Assembly (NCBI GenBank): GCA_964019425.1
Contig: OZ025805.1
Span: 558,001-622,000 of the forward strand
Direction: 5' to 3'
From: Flectonema sp. DT1601
Lineage: Eukaryota
DNA: 64,000 nt
Shown here: one piece after another, positions 1 through 9,771 of the stretch
Layout of the letters: each line of letters starts with the position of its first letter
Numbering within the stretch: the stretch's first letter is position 1
Program-made: the position numbers and the translations under genes
The notes under the pieces: model-generated
The model's input: the letters and a program-made list of their open reading frames with translations, nothing else
Databases searched by the model: none
What the model was told of the DNA's origin: nothing

Positions 1-151
1 CAGAAACAAAAAGCAGATGTTTGCCTAACACGGAGTGTTAGTACAGTTCGGTCTTGCACAGCGATATCGTAATACCGATGCGGCGTATTATTTCAATTCA
101 AAAAATATTTTCAAAGAGGAATGAAAGGATTGGAGACTTTAGTCGCAAAAC

Positions 152-3100
152 TCAAATCCTTTCCACAGAAATCTGTGCCTCTTGAAGTTCTTCTTTTGGG
201 TTTTGTTCGAAGTCACAGAAGCTCAATTCATTGACGTTCTCAGCTGAAGATCTCGTTTTCAGGATAGCAACTCCTACACCTCCAGCACAGAGTGCTCCCA
301 AGACACTAATGAGTGCATATAACCAAGTCTTACTACTGTTATTATTAACATTCATTGGTTGCTTATCTTCTACAGTCATTCCTTCCCCAACAGGTTCAAT
401 GAGATATTTGTACCCCTCTTTGTTTTCCAGAAGTGACGGATCCGCATTGCCAATTTTTGACGAGATCTGATCAACAGAAACATCTTCAGACGTAGCCTCA
501 ACAAAGATTCCTTCAGTTCCAAGAGTTGTGTGTGAATTAGTTGACTGAACTCCAAGAGCCTTCGCGGCTCTTGAACGAGTGCCAGCGATGGAATCTAAAA
601 TGCTCTTCAGCCCCATCTCTTCTTCCGCGTTCTCGTCATTCCACAGGTCCGGAATAGGGATTCCCCAGTTGTCGATCTCATTTTCCGACGGGAACGAATT
701 GTTGCCTGCCTTCAACCAACCTATGAAGGAAACTCTCAACGAAGTCGGATTCTCCTGCAGTGCGTTGGAAGTTGCGATTAGCGCCATTCTGACTCCCCTC
801 AGGAACTGCTTCGGGTTGAGTTCGATCTCCGATTTGCTTCCCTTCATTGCCAGGCGGAAGTTCTTTTTTCCAGCAGCCGTCGCAAGGGTTCTGTCCTTCT
901 TCGGCTGTTCCGAGGAGTTGCACTGAAGTCCCTTGAGCACACAACACTCACTTCGCTGGGAAGTGCTGGCACTCCTCATTGTGCAGTCAGTGGCACAGCC
1001 AGCGTTTTCTCTTGTGCAACACCAACTCTGCTTCTGGCCATCCCAAGATGATCCTTCAAGACAATTATGTATTTTCGCCTTGCATCCCAATCCAATCTTC
1101 TGACAACATTTTGCTCTCAGTTCTTCGTCAGCAAATTTTTCTACCTGACACTCATTGAGGAGCTTCTTCTTATCTCCATTAACATCTGCATCTACTTTTC
1201 TGTTACAAGCAACATTTTCACGGCGGCAGCATTCCTGACGCCTTATCGCAGACCAGATCGGAGCGTTTTCAGGGAAGCTGCAGTCGAATTCTTCCGCTTC
1301 ACATCCAATTTGAAACTGATTACAGCAGTAGCTCTTCTTCTCTTCAGACCAACCGACAGTTCCATCCACAGCGACATTTACACTGCTTCGCGATCTCAGG
1401 ACTACTGAGTCCGCGACAATGCTGCAGTCATGATCACCGACTGGGCACCCTACTCCTTCGTTCACACAACAATGCTGTCGCTGTTGGAAGTTCCACCTGC
1501 TTGGCTCAGAAAGGCAGTCAAACTTCGATTTTCTGCACCACCTCCAAGTTGGGAACATTTCGCAACAAAATTCTAACTTTTGTTTAGAAATAACAGAATT
1601 GTCCATGCAGTCGAACACCTCACATCCAATCTGTTCCTCTCGGCAGCAGTACTCCCTTTCCGTTGTTGATAAGTTTTCATTGGAATCACACATAACAGAC
1701 GGTCTTGGCAAACACCTTGGCAATCCTCGTAATATTTCACACTTCATGTTGGACCCACACTCGATCGTATCACAATTCCTATCAGCAGATACACAGACCG
1801 GAATACCAAACTTCATCTCACACTTCATCTTGTCAGAACACTTAATCGTCGAACAACTTTTAGACTCATTTCCAGGAATACACTCAGGGAATCCTCTGAT
1901 CATTGTACAGTTGGTTCCTGGTGGGCACCACTTGTTCCAGCAAGTTGAATTGGTCTGGTTGTTCGAAATACACTCAGGGAACCCTCTGATCATTGTACAG
2001 TTGGTTCCTGGTGGGCACCACTTGTTCCAGCAAGTTGAATTGGTCTGGTTGTTCGAAATACACTCAGGGAACCCTCTGATCATTGTGCAATTGGTTCCTG
2101 GTGGGCACCACTTGTTCCAGCAAGTTGAATTAGTCTGGTTGTTCGCAATACATTCAGGGAACCCTCTGATCATTGTGCAATTGGTTCTTGGTGGGCACCA
2201 CTTGTTCCAGCAAGTTGAATTGGTCTGGTTGTTCGCAATACACTCAGGGAACCCTCTGATCATTGTACAGTTGGTTCCTGGTGGGCACCACTTGTTCCAG
2301 CAAGTTGAATTGGTCTGGTTGTTCGAAATACACTCAGGGAACCCTCTGATCATTGTGCAATTGGTTCCTGGTGGGCACCACTTGTTCCAGCAAGTTGAAT
2401 TAGTCTGGTTGTTCGCAATACACTCAGGGAACCCTCTGATCATTGTGCAATTGGTTCCTGGTGGACACCACTTGTTCCAGCAAGTTGAATTAGTCTGGTT
2501 GTGCGGAATACATTCAGGGAACCCTCTGATCATTGTGCAATTGGTTCCTGGTGGGCACCACTTGTTCCAGCAAGTTGAATTAGTCTGGTTGTTCGCAATA
2601 CACTCAGGGAAACCTCTGATCATTGTACAGTTGGTTCCTGGTGGGCACCACTTGTTCCAGCAAGTTGAATTGGTCTGGTTGTTCGAAATACACTCAGGGA
2701 ACCCTCTGATCATTGTGCAATTGGTTCCTGGTGGACACCACTTGTTCCAGCAAGTTGAATTAGTCTGGTTGTGCGGAATACATTCAGGGAACCCTCTGAT
2801 CATTGTGCAATTGGTTCCTGGTGGGCACCACTTGTTCCAGCAAGTTGAATTAGTCTGGTTGTTCGCAATACACTCAGGGAACCCTCTGATCATTGTGCAA
2901 TTGGTTCCTGGTGGGCACCACTTGTTCCAGCAAGTTGAATTGGTCTGGTTGTTCGAAATACACTCAGGGAACCCTCTGATCATTGTACAGTTGGTTCCTG
3001 GTGGGCACCACTTGTTCCAGCAAGTTGAATTGGTCTGGTTGTTCGAAATACACTCAGGGAACCCTCTGATCATTGTGCAATTGGTTCCTGGTGGGCACCA

Positions 3101-6100
3101 CTTGTTCCAGCAAGTTGAATTGGTCTGGTTGTGCGGAATACATTCAGGGAACCCTCTGATCATTGTGCAATTGGTTCCTGGTGGGCACCACTTGTTCCAG
3201 CAAGTTGAATTGGTCTGGTTGTGCGGAATACATTCAGGGAACCCTCTGATCATTGTGCAATTGGTTCCTGGTGGGCACCACTTGTTCCAGCAAGTTGAAT
3301 TAGTCTGGTTGTTCGCAATACACTCAGGGAACCCTCTGATCATTGTACAGTTGGTTCCTGGTGGGCACCACTTGTTCCAGCAAGTTGAATTGGTCTGGTT
3401 GTGCGGAATACATTCAGGGAACCCTCTGATCATTGTGCAATTGGTTCCTGGTGGGCACCACTTGTTCCAGCAAGTTGAATTAGTCTGGTTGTTCGCAATA
3501 CACTCAGGGAACCCTCTGATCATTGTACAGTTGGTTCCTGGTGGGCACCACTTGTTCCAGCAAGTTGAATTGGTCTGGTTGTTCGAAATACACTCAGGGA
3601 ACCCTCTGATCATTGTGCAATTGGTTCCTGGTGGGCACCACTTGTTCCAGCAAGTTGAATTGGTCTGGTTGTTCGCAATACACTCAGGGAACCCTCTGAT
3701 CATTGTACAGTTGGTTCCTGGTGGGCACCACTTGTTCCAGCAAGTTGAATTGGTCTGGTTGTTCGAAATACACTCAGGGAACCCTCTGATCATTGTGCAA
3801 TTGGTTCCTGGTGGGCACCACTTGTTCCAGCAAGTTGAATTGGTCTGGTTGTTCGAAATACACTCAGGGAACCCTCTGATCATTGTGCAATTGGTTCCTG
3901 GTGGGCACCACTTGTTCCAGCAAGTTGAATTGGTCTGGTTGTGCGGAATACACTCAGGGAACCCTCTGATCATTGTGCAATTGGTTCCTGGTGGGCACCA
4001 CTTGTTCCAGCAAGTTGAATTGGTCTGGTTGTGCGGAATACACTCAGGGAACCCTCTGATCATTGTGCAATTGGTTCCTGGTGGGCACCACTTGTTCCAG
4101 CAAGTTGAATTGGTCTGGTTGTTCGCAATACACTCAGGGAACCCTCTGATCATTGTACAGTTGGTTCCTGGTGGGCACCATTTGTTCCAGCAAGTTGAAT
4201 TGGTCTGGTTGTTCGCAATACACTCAGGGAACCCTCTGATCATTGTACAGTTGGTTCCTGGTGGGCACCACTTGTTCCAGCAAGTTGAATTGGTCTGGTT
4301 GTTCGCAATACACTCAGGGAACCCTCTGATCATTGTACAGTTGGTTCCTGGTGGGCACCATTTGTTCCAGCAAGTTGAATTGGTCTGGTTGTTCGCAATA
4401 CACTCAGGGAACCCTCTGATCATTGTACAGTTGGTTCCTGGTGGGCACCACTTGTTCCAGCAAGTTGAATTGGTCTGGTTGTTCGCAATACACTCAGGGA
4501 ACCCTCTGATCATTGTGCAATTGGTTCCTGGTGGGCACCATTTGTTCCAGCAAGTTGAATTGGTCTGGTTGTTCGAAATACATTCAGGGAACCCTCTGAT
4601 CATTGTGCAATTGGTTCCTGGTGGGCACCACTTGTTCCAGCAAGTTGAATTGGTCTGGTTGTTCGAAATACATTCAGGGAACCCTCTGATCATTGTACAG
4701 TTGGTTCCTGGTGGGCACCACTTGTTCCAGCAAGTTGAATTGGTCTGGTTGTTCGAAATACATTCAGGGAACCCTCTGATCATTGTGCAATTGGTTCCTG
4801 GTGGGCACCACTTGTTCCAGCAAGTTGAATTGGTCTGGTTGTTCGAAATACATTCAGGGAACCCTCTGATCATTGTACAGTTGGTTCCTGGTGGGCACCA
4901 CTTGTTCCAGCAAGTTGAATTGGTCTGGTTGTTCGCAATACACTCAGGGAACCCTCTGATCATTGTGCAATTGGTTCCTGGTGGGCACCATTTGTTCCAG
5001 CAAGTTGAATTGGTCTGGTTGTTCGAAATACATTCAGGGAACCCTCTGATCATTGTGCAATTGGTTCCTGGTGGGCACCACTTGTTCCAGCAAGTTGAAT
5101 TGGTCTGGTTGTTCGAAATACATTCAGGGAACCCTCTGATCATTGTACAGTTGGTTCCTGGTGGGCACCATTTGTTCCAGCAAGTTGAATTGGTCTGGTT
5201 GTTCGAAATACATTCAGGGAACCCTCTGATCATTGTACAGTTGGTTCCTGGTGGGCACCACTTGTTCCAGCAAGTTGAATTGGTCTGGTTGTTCGCAATA
5301 CACTCAGGGAACCCTCTGATCATTGTACAGTTGGTTCCTGGTGGGCACCACTTGTTCCAGCAAGTTGAATTGGTCTGGTTGTTCGCAATACACTCAGGGA
5401 ACCCTCTGATCATTGTACAGTTGGTTCCTGGTGGGCACCATTTGTTCCAGCAAGTTGAATTGGTCTGGTTGTTCGCAATACACTCAGGGAACCCTCTGAT
5501 CATTGTGCAATTGGTTCCTGGTGGGCACCATTTGTTCCAGCAAGTTGAATTGGTCTGGTTGTTCGAAATACATTCAGGGAACCCTCTGATCATTGTACAG
5601 TTGGTTCCTGGTGGGCACCACTTGTTCCAGCAAGTTGAATTGGTCTGGTTGTTCGAAATACATTCAGGGAACCCTCTGATCATTGTACAGTTGGTTCCTG
5701 GTGGGCACCATTTGTTCCAGCAAGTTGAATTGGTCTGGTTGTTCGAAATACATTCAGGGAACCCTCTGATCATTGTACAGTTGGTTCCTGGTGGGCACCA
5801 CTTGTTCCAGCAAGTTGAATTGGTCTGGTTGTTCGAAATACATTCAGGGAACCCTCTGATCATTGTGCAATTGGTTCCTGGTGGGCACCATTTGTTCCAG
5901 CAAGTTGAATTGGTCTGGTTGTTCGAAATACATTCAGGGAACCCTCTGATCATTGTACAGTTGGTTCCTGGTGGGCACCATTTGTTCCAGCAAGTTGAAT
6001 TGGTCTGGTTGTTCGAAATACATTCAGGGAACCCTCTGATCATTGTACAGTTGGTTCCTGGTGGGCACCACTTGTTCCAGCAAGTTGAATTGGTCTGGTT

Positions 6101-9043
6101 GTTCGAAATACATTCAGGGAACCCTCTGATCATTGTGCAATTGGTTCCTGGTGGGCACCATTTGTTCAAGCAAGTTGAATTGGTCTGGTTGTGCGGAATA
6201 CACTCAGGGAACCCTCTGATCATTGTACAGTTGGTTCCTGGTGGGCACCACTTGTTCCAGCAAGTTGAATTAGTCTGGTTGTTCGCAATACATTCAGGGA
6301 ACCCTCTGATCATTGTGCAATTGGTTCCTGGTGGGCACCACTTGTTCCAGCAAGTTGAATTGGTCTGGTTATTCGAAATACACTCAGGGAACCCTCTGAT
6401 CATTGTGCAATTGGTTCCTGGTGGGCACCACTTGTTCCAGCAAGTTGAATTGGTCTGGTTATTCGAAATACACTCAGGGAACCCTCTGATCATTGTACAG
6501 TTTGTTCCTGGTGGGCACCACTTGTTCCAGCAAGTTGAATTGGTCTGGTTGTGCGGAATACATTCAGGGAACCCTCTGATCATTGTACAGTTGGTTCCTG
6601 GTGGGCACCATTTGTTCCAGCAAGTTGAATTAGTCTGGTTGTTCGAAATACATTCAGGGAACCCTCTGATCATTGTGCAATTGGTTCCTGGTGGGCACCA
6701 CTTGTTCCAGCAAGTTGAATTGGTCTGGTTGTTCGGAATACATTCAGGGAACCCTCTGATCATTGTACAGTTGGTTCCTGGTGGGCACCATTTGTTCCAG
6801 CAAGTTGAATTGGTCTGGTTATTCGAAATACACTCAGGGAACCCTCTGATCATTGTACAGTTTGTTCCTTGTGGGCACCACTTGTTCCAGCAAGTTGAAT
6901 TAGTCTGGTTGTTCGAAATACATTCAGGGAACCCTCTGATCATTGTGCAATTGGTTCCTGGTGGGCACCACTTGTTCCAGCAAGTTGAATTAGTCTGGTT
7001 GTTCGAAATACATTCAGGGAACCCTCTGATCATTGTGCAATTGGTTCCTGGTGGGCACCACTTGTTCCAGCAAGTTGAATTGGTCTGGTTGTTCGGAATA
7101 CATTCAGGGAACCCTCTGATCATTGTACAGTTGGTTCCTGGTGGGCACCATTTGTTCCAGCAAGTTGAATTGGTCTGGTTATTCGAAATACACTCAGGGA
7201 ACCCTCTGATCATTGTACAGTTGGTTCCTGGTGTGCACCATTTGTTCCAGCAAGTTGAATTAGTCTGGTTGTTCGAAATACACTCAGGGAACCCTCTGAT
7301 CATTGTGCAATTGGTTCCTGGTGGGCACCACTTGTTCCAGCAAGTTGAATTGGTCTGGTTATTCGAAATACACTCAGGGAACCCTCTGATAATTGTACAG
7401 TTTGTTCCTGGTGGGCACCACTTGTTCCAGCAAGTTGAATTGGTCTGGTTGTTCGGAATACATTCAGGGAACCCTCTGATCATTGTACAGTTGGTTCCTG
7501 GTGGGCACCATTTGTTCCAGCAAGTTGAATTGGTCTGGTTATTCGAAATACACTCAGGGAACCCTCTGATCATTGTACAGTTGGTTCCTGGTGTGCACCA
7601 TTTGTTCCAGCAAGTTGAATTAGTCTGGTTGTTCGAAATACACTCAGGGAACCCTCTGATCATTGTGCAATTGGTTCCTGGTGGGCACCACTTGTTCCAG
7701 CAAGTTGAATTGGTCTGGTTATTCGAAATACACTCAGGGAACCCTCTGATAATTGTACAGTTTGTTCCTGGTGGGCACCACTTGTTCCAGCAAGTTGAAT
7801 TGGTCTTGTTGTGCGGAATACATTCAGGGAACCCTCTGATCATTGTACAGTTGGTTCCTGGTGGGCACCACTTGTTCCAGCAAGTTGAATTAGTCTGGTT
7901 GTTCGCAATACATTCAGGGAACCCTCTGATCATTGTGCAATTGGTTCCTGGTGGGCACCACTTGTTCCAGCAAGTTGAATTAGTCTGGTTGTTCGGAATA
8001 CATTCAGGGAACCCTCTGATCATTGTACAGTTGGTTCCTGGTGGGCACCACTTGTTCCAGCAAGTTGAATTGGTCTGGTTGTTCGGAATACATTCAGGGA
8101 ACCCTCTGATCATTGTGCAATTGGTTCCTGGTGGGCACCATTTGTTCCAGCAAGTTGAATTGGTCTGGTTGTTCGAAATACACTCAGGGAACCCTCTGAT
8201 CATTGTACAGTTGGTTCCTGGTGGGCACCATTTGTTCCAGCAAGTTGAATTGGTCTGGTTGTGCGGAATACATTCAGGGAACCCTCTGATCATTGTACAG
8301 TTGGTTCCTGGTGGGCACCACTTGTTCCAGCAAGTTGAATTAGTCTGGTTGTTCGGAATACATTCAGGGAACCCTCTGATCATTGTGCAATTGGTTCCTG
8401 GTGGGCACCATTTGTTCCAGCAAGTTGAATTGGTCTGGTTGTTCGAAATACACTCAGGGAACCCTCTGATCATTGTACAGTTGGTTCCTGGTGGGCACCA
8501 CTTGTTCCAACAAGTTGAATTGGTCTGGTTGTTCGGAATACACTCAGGGAACCCTCTGATCATTGTACAGTTGGTTCCTGGTGGGCACCATTTGTTCCAG
8601 CAAGTTGAATTGGTCTGGTTGTGCGGAATACATTCAGGGAACCCTCTGATCATTGTACAGTTGGTTCCTGGTGGGCACCACTTGTTCCAACAAGTTGAAT
8701 TGGTCTGGTTGTTCGGAATACATTCAGGGAACCCTCTGATCATTGTGCAATTGGTTCCTGGTGGGCACCACTTGTTCCAGCAAGTTGAATTAGTCTGGTT
8801 GTGCGGAATACATTCAGGGAACCCTCTGATCATTGTACAGTTGGTTCCTGGTGGGCACCACTTGTTCCAACAAGTTGAATTGGTCTGGTTGTTCGGAATA
8901 CACTCAGGTACACCGGTGCTCATTGAGCAGTTTGTTCCAGTTGGACATGCGACAGAAATGCAGTTTAATGAAATTGATTTTTGACCGTTAGCGAATGAAG
9001 TTAACCCAAGTAAGAGAGTGAACAAAATGTTTGTCAAATTCAT
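152..9043 (-). CDS. Giant Cys-rich, repeat-built type I membrane/surface glycoprotein (~2963 aa)
   Basis: Single ORF. The likely ATG at 9043 (MNLTNILFTLLLGLTSFANG, signal-peptide-like) lies just after a CACAG acceptor. It has 78 copies of a 30-aa four-Cys repeat (TCWNKWCPPGTNC...PECI, FOLN-like spacing), then a region of W-x-CC-x-GC repeats and a C-terminal TM helix (TWLYALISVLGALCAGGVGVAIL). Confidence 0.9.
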   Translation of the reverse strand: MNLTNILFTLLLGLTSFANGQKSISLNCISVACPTGTNCSMSTGVPECIPNNQTNSTCWNKWCPPGTNCTMIRGFPECIPHNQTNSTCWNKWCPPGTNCTMIRGFPECIPNNQTNSTCWNKWCPPGTNCTMIRGFPECIPHNQTNSTCWNKWCPPGTNCTMIRGFPECIPNNQTNSTCWNKWCPPGTNCTMIRGFPECISNNQTNSTCWNKWCPPGTNCTMIRGFPECIPNNQTNSTCWNKWCPPGTNCTMIRGFPECIPHNQTNSTCWNKWCPPGTNCTMIRGFPECISNNQTNSTCWNKWCPPGTNCTMIRGFPECIPNNQTNSTCWNKWCPPGTNCTMIRGFPECIPNNQTNSTCWNKWCPPGTNCTMIRGFPECIANNQTNSTCWNKWCPPGTNCTMIRGFPECIPHNKTNSTCWNKWCPPGTNCTIIRGFPECISNNQTNSTCWNKWCPPGTNCTMIRGFPECISNNQTNSTCWNKWCTPGTNCTMIRGFPECISNNQTNSTCWNKWCPPGTNCTMIRGFPECIPNNQTNSTCWNKWCPPGTNCTIIRGFPECISNNQTNSTCWNKWCPPGTNCTMIRGFPECISNNQTNSTCWNKWCTPGTNCTMIRGFPECISNNQTNSTCWNKWCPPGTNCTMIRGFPECIPNNQTNSTCWNKWCPPGTNCTMIRGFPECISNNQTNSTCWNKWCPPGTNCTMIRGFPECISNNQTNSTCWNKWCPQGTNCTMIRGFPECISNNQTNSTCWNKWCPPGTNCTMIRGFPECIPNNQTNSTCWNKWCPPGTNCTMIRGFPECISNNQTNSTCWNKWCPPGTNCTMIRGFPECIPHNQTNSTCWNKWCPPGTNCTMIRGFPECISNNQTNSTCWNKWCPPGTNCTMIRGFPECISNNQTNSTCWNKWCPPGTNCTMIRGFPECIANNQTNSTCWNKWCPPGTNCTMIRGFPECIPHNQTNSTCLNKWCPPGTNCTMIRGFPECISNNQTNSTCWNKWCPPGTNCTMIRGFPECISNNQTNSTCWNKWCPPGTNCTMIRGFPECISNNQTNSTCWNKWCPPGTNCTMIRGFPECISNNQTNSTCWNKWCPPGTNCTMIRGFPECISNNQTNSTCWNKWCPPGTNCTMIRGFPECISNNQTNSTCWNKWCPPGTNCTMIRGFPECISNNQTNSTCWNKWCPPGTNCTMIRGFPECIANNQTNSTCWNKWCPPGTNCTMIRGFPECIANNQTNSTCWNKWCPPGTNCTMIRGFPECIANNQTNSTCWNKWCPPGTNCTMIRGFPECISNNQTNSTCWNKWCPPGTNCTMIRGFPECISNNQTNSTCWNKWCPPGTNCTMIRGFPECISNNQTNSTCWNKWCPPGTNCTMIRGFPECIANNQTNSTCWNKWCPPGTNCTMIRGFPECISNNQTNSTCWNKWCPPGTNCTMIRGFPECISNNQTNSTCWNKWCPPGTNCTMIRGFPECISNNQTNSTCWNKWCPPGTNCTMIRGFPECISNNQTNSTCWNKWCPPGTNCTMIRGFPECIANNQTNSTCWNKWCPPGTNCTMIRGFPECIANNQTNSTCWNKWCPPGTNCTMIRGFPECIANNQTNSTCWNKWCPPGTNCTMIRGFPECIANNQTNSTCWNKWCPPGTNCTMIRGFPECIANNQTNSTCWNKWCPPGTNCTMIRGFPECIPHNQTNSTCWNKWCPPGTNCTMIRGFPECIPHNQTNSTCWNKWCPPGTNCTMIRGFPECISNNQTNSTCWNKWCPPGTNCTMIRGFPECISNNQTNSTCWNKWCPPGTNCTMIRGFPECIANNQTNSTCWNKWCPPGTNCTMIRGFPECISNNQTNSTCWNKWCPPGTNCTMIRGFPECIANNQTNSTCWNKWCPPGTNCTMIRGFPECIPHNQTNSTCWNKWCPPGTNCTMIRGFPECIANNQTNSTCWNKWCPPGTNCTMIRGFPECIPHNQTNSTCWNKWCPPGTNCTMIRGFPECIPHNQTNSTCWNKWCPPGTNCTMIRGFPECISNNQTNSTCWNKWCPPGTNCTMIRGFPECISNNQTNSTCWNKWCPPGTNCTMIRGFPECIANNQTNSTCWNKWCPPGTNCTMIRGFPECIPHNQTNSTCWNKWCPPGTNCTMIRGFPECISNNQTNSTCWNKWCPPGTNCTMIRGFPECIANNQTNSTCWNKWCPPGTNCTMIRGFPECIPHNQTNSTCWNKWCPPGTNCTMIRGFPECIANNQTNSTCWNKWCPPGTNCTMIRGFPECISNNQTNSTCWNKWCPPGTNCTMIRGFPECIANNQTNSTCWNKWCPPRTNCTMIRGFPECIANNQTNSTCWNKWCPPGTNCTMIRGFPECISNNQTNSTCWNKWCPPGTNCTMIRGFPECISNNQTNSTCWNKWCPPGTNCTMIRGFPECIPGNESKSCSTIKCSDKMKCEMKFGIPVCVSADRNCDTIECGSNMKCEILRGLPRCLPRPSVMCDSNENLSTTEREYCCREEQIGCEVFDCMDNSVISKQKLEFCCEMFPTWRWCRKSKFDCLSEPSRWNFQQRQHCCVNEGVGCPVGDHDCSIVADSVVLRSRSSVNVAVDGTVGWSEEKKSYCCNQFQIGCEAEEFDCSFPENAPIWSAIRRQECCRRENVACNRKVDADVNGDKKKLLNECQVEKFADEELRAKCCQKIGLGCKAKIHNCLEGSSWDGQKQSWCCTRENAGCATDCTMRSASTSQRSECCVLKGLQCNSSEQPKKDRTLATAAGKKNFRLAMKGSKSEIELNPKQFLRGVRMALIATSNALQENPTSLRVSFIGWLKAGNNSFPSENEIDNWGIPIPDLWNDENAEEEMGLKSILDSIAGTRSRAAKALGVQSTNSHTTLGTEGIFVEATSEDVSVDQISSKIGNADPSLLENKEGYKYLIEPVGEGMTVEDKQPMNVNNNSSKTWLYALISVLGALCAGGVGVAILKTRSSAENVNELSFCDFEQNPKEELQEAQISVERI
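1875..8894. repeat. Coding tandem array, 90-bp unit x 78, with a degenerate extra unit to ~8975
   Basis: Exact 90-bp periodicity with no indels seen; variation is confined to a handful of sites. Confidence 0.98.
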
Positions 9044-9771
9044 TGTTGTTGTAGGCTGTGAATGAAACAGAGTTGTAGAGAACAAATTATATAAAAAAAA
9101 TTAACGTGGCGGAATCTTGCTGTAGCGAGCAGTAGTAATGAAAAGAAAAGTACATAACAAAGATAAATCATTGTAATCAGACACTATAAAAGATAAGCAT
9201 AAGGAATCCGGAAAATAACATTGTAACTATTCTGAATTTTCTGTTTTTTTTTTTTTTTTTTTTTTAAATTTAAAAGAAACATAACAAAAATTGCTTACTT
9301 ATCCCTTTGTTCTGTCGAATTCCTGTGTTGTCAACAAGGAGATAAAAAAGGTAAACATAAAAAAATACTTTTTGAACTAATACTAAAAACTTGTAATGTC
9401 TTCACCCCATAGATACAAATTTATAATAATGAAAAAAAAAAAAATAAGATTAACACTGCCACAGTTGACTTTTCACTGATCAATGGGCTTGTAATTACTT
9501 AAAACAAATCTCGCGCAAAAAAAAAAAAAAAAAAAAAATTTAACTTCGAAAGAAAATGGAAAGAAACAAAAATGCACGCTAAAGTGACACGAACAATATA
9601 ACTAAACAAACACGAAAAAAACATATAAAAAAAAAAAAAATGAAATAAAGTAAAGTAAAGATGAAGCAGTAATGTTTAATGAAATCTCGATAGTACTGCT
9701 CGACGAATTCTTAAGAAAACCGTCTACTGGAAACAAAAAGTATTCAACCGATTTAAAGTACGCTAATTGTT

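Noticed and set aside
1875..8894. CRISPR-like array
   Set aside because: There are no unique spacers; it is a contiguous coding tandem repeat in a eukaryotic gene.
1599..8984. 2461-aa plus-strand ORF antisense to the repeat gene
   Set aside because: One stop-free 90-bp unit keeps the whole array open, and this antisense register shares wobble positions with the sense frame. Only the minus frame has a signal peptide, TM segment and the cluster orientation.
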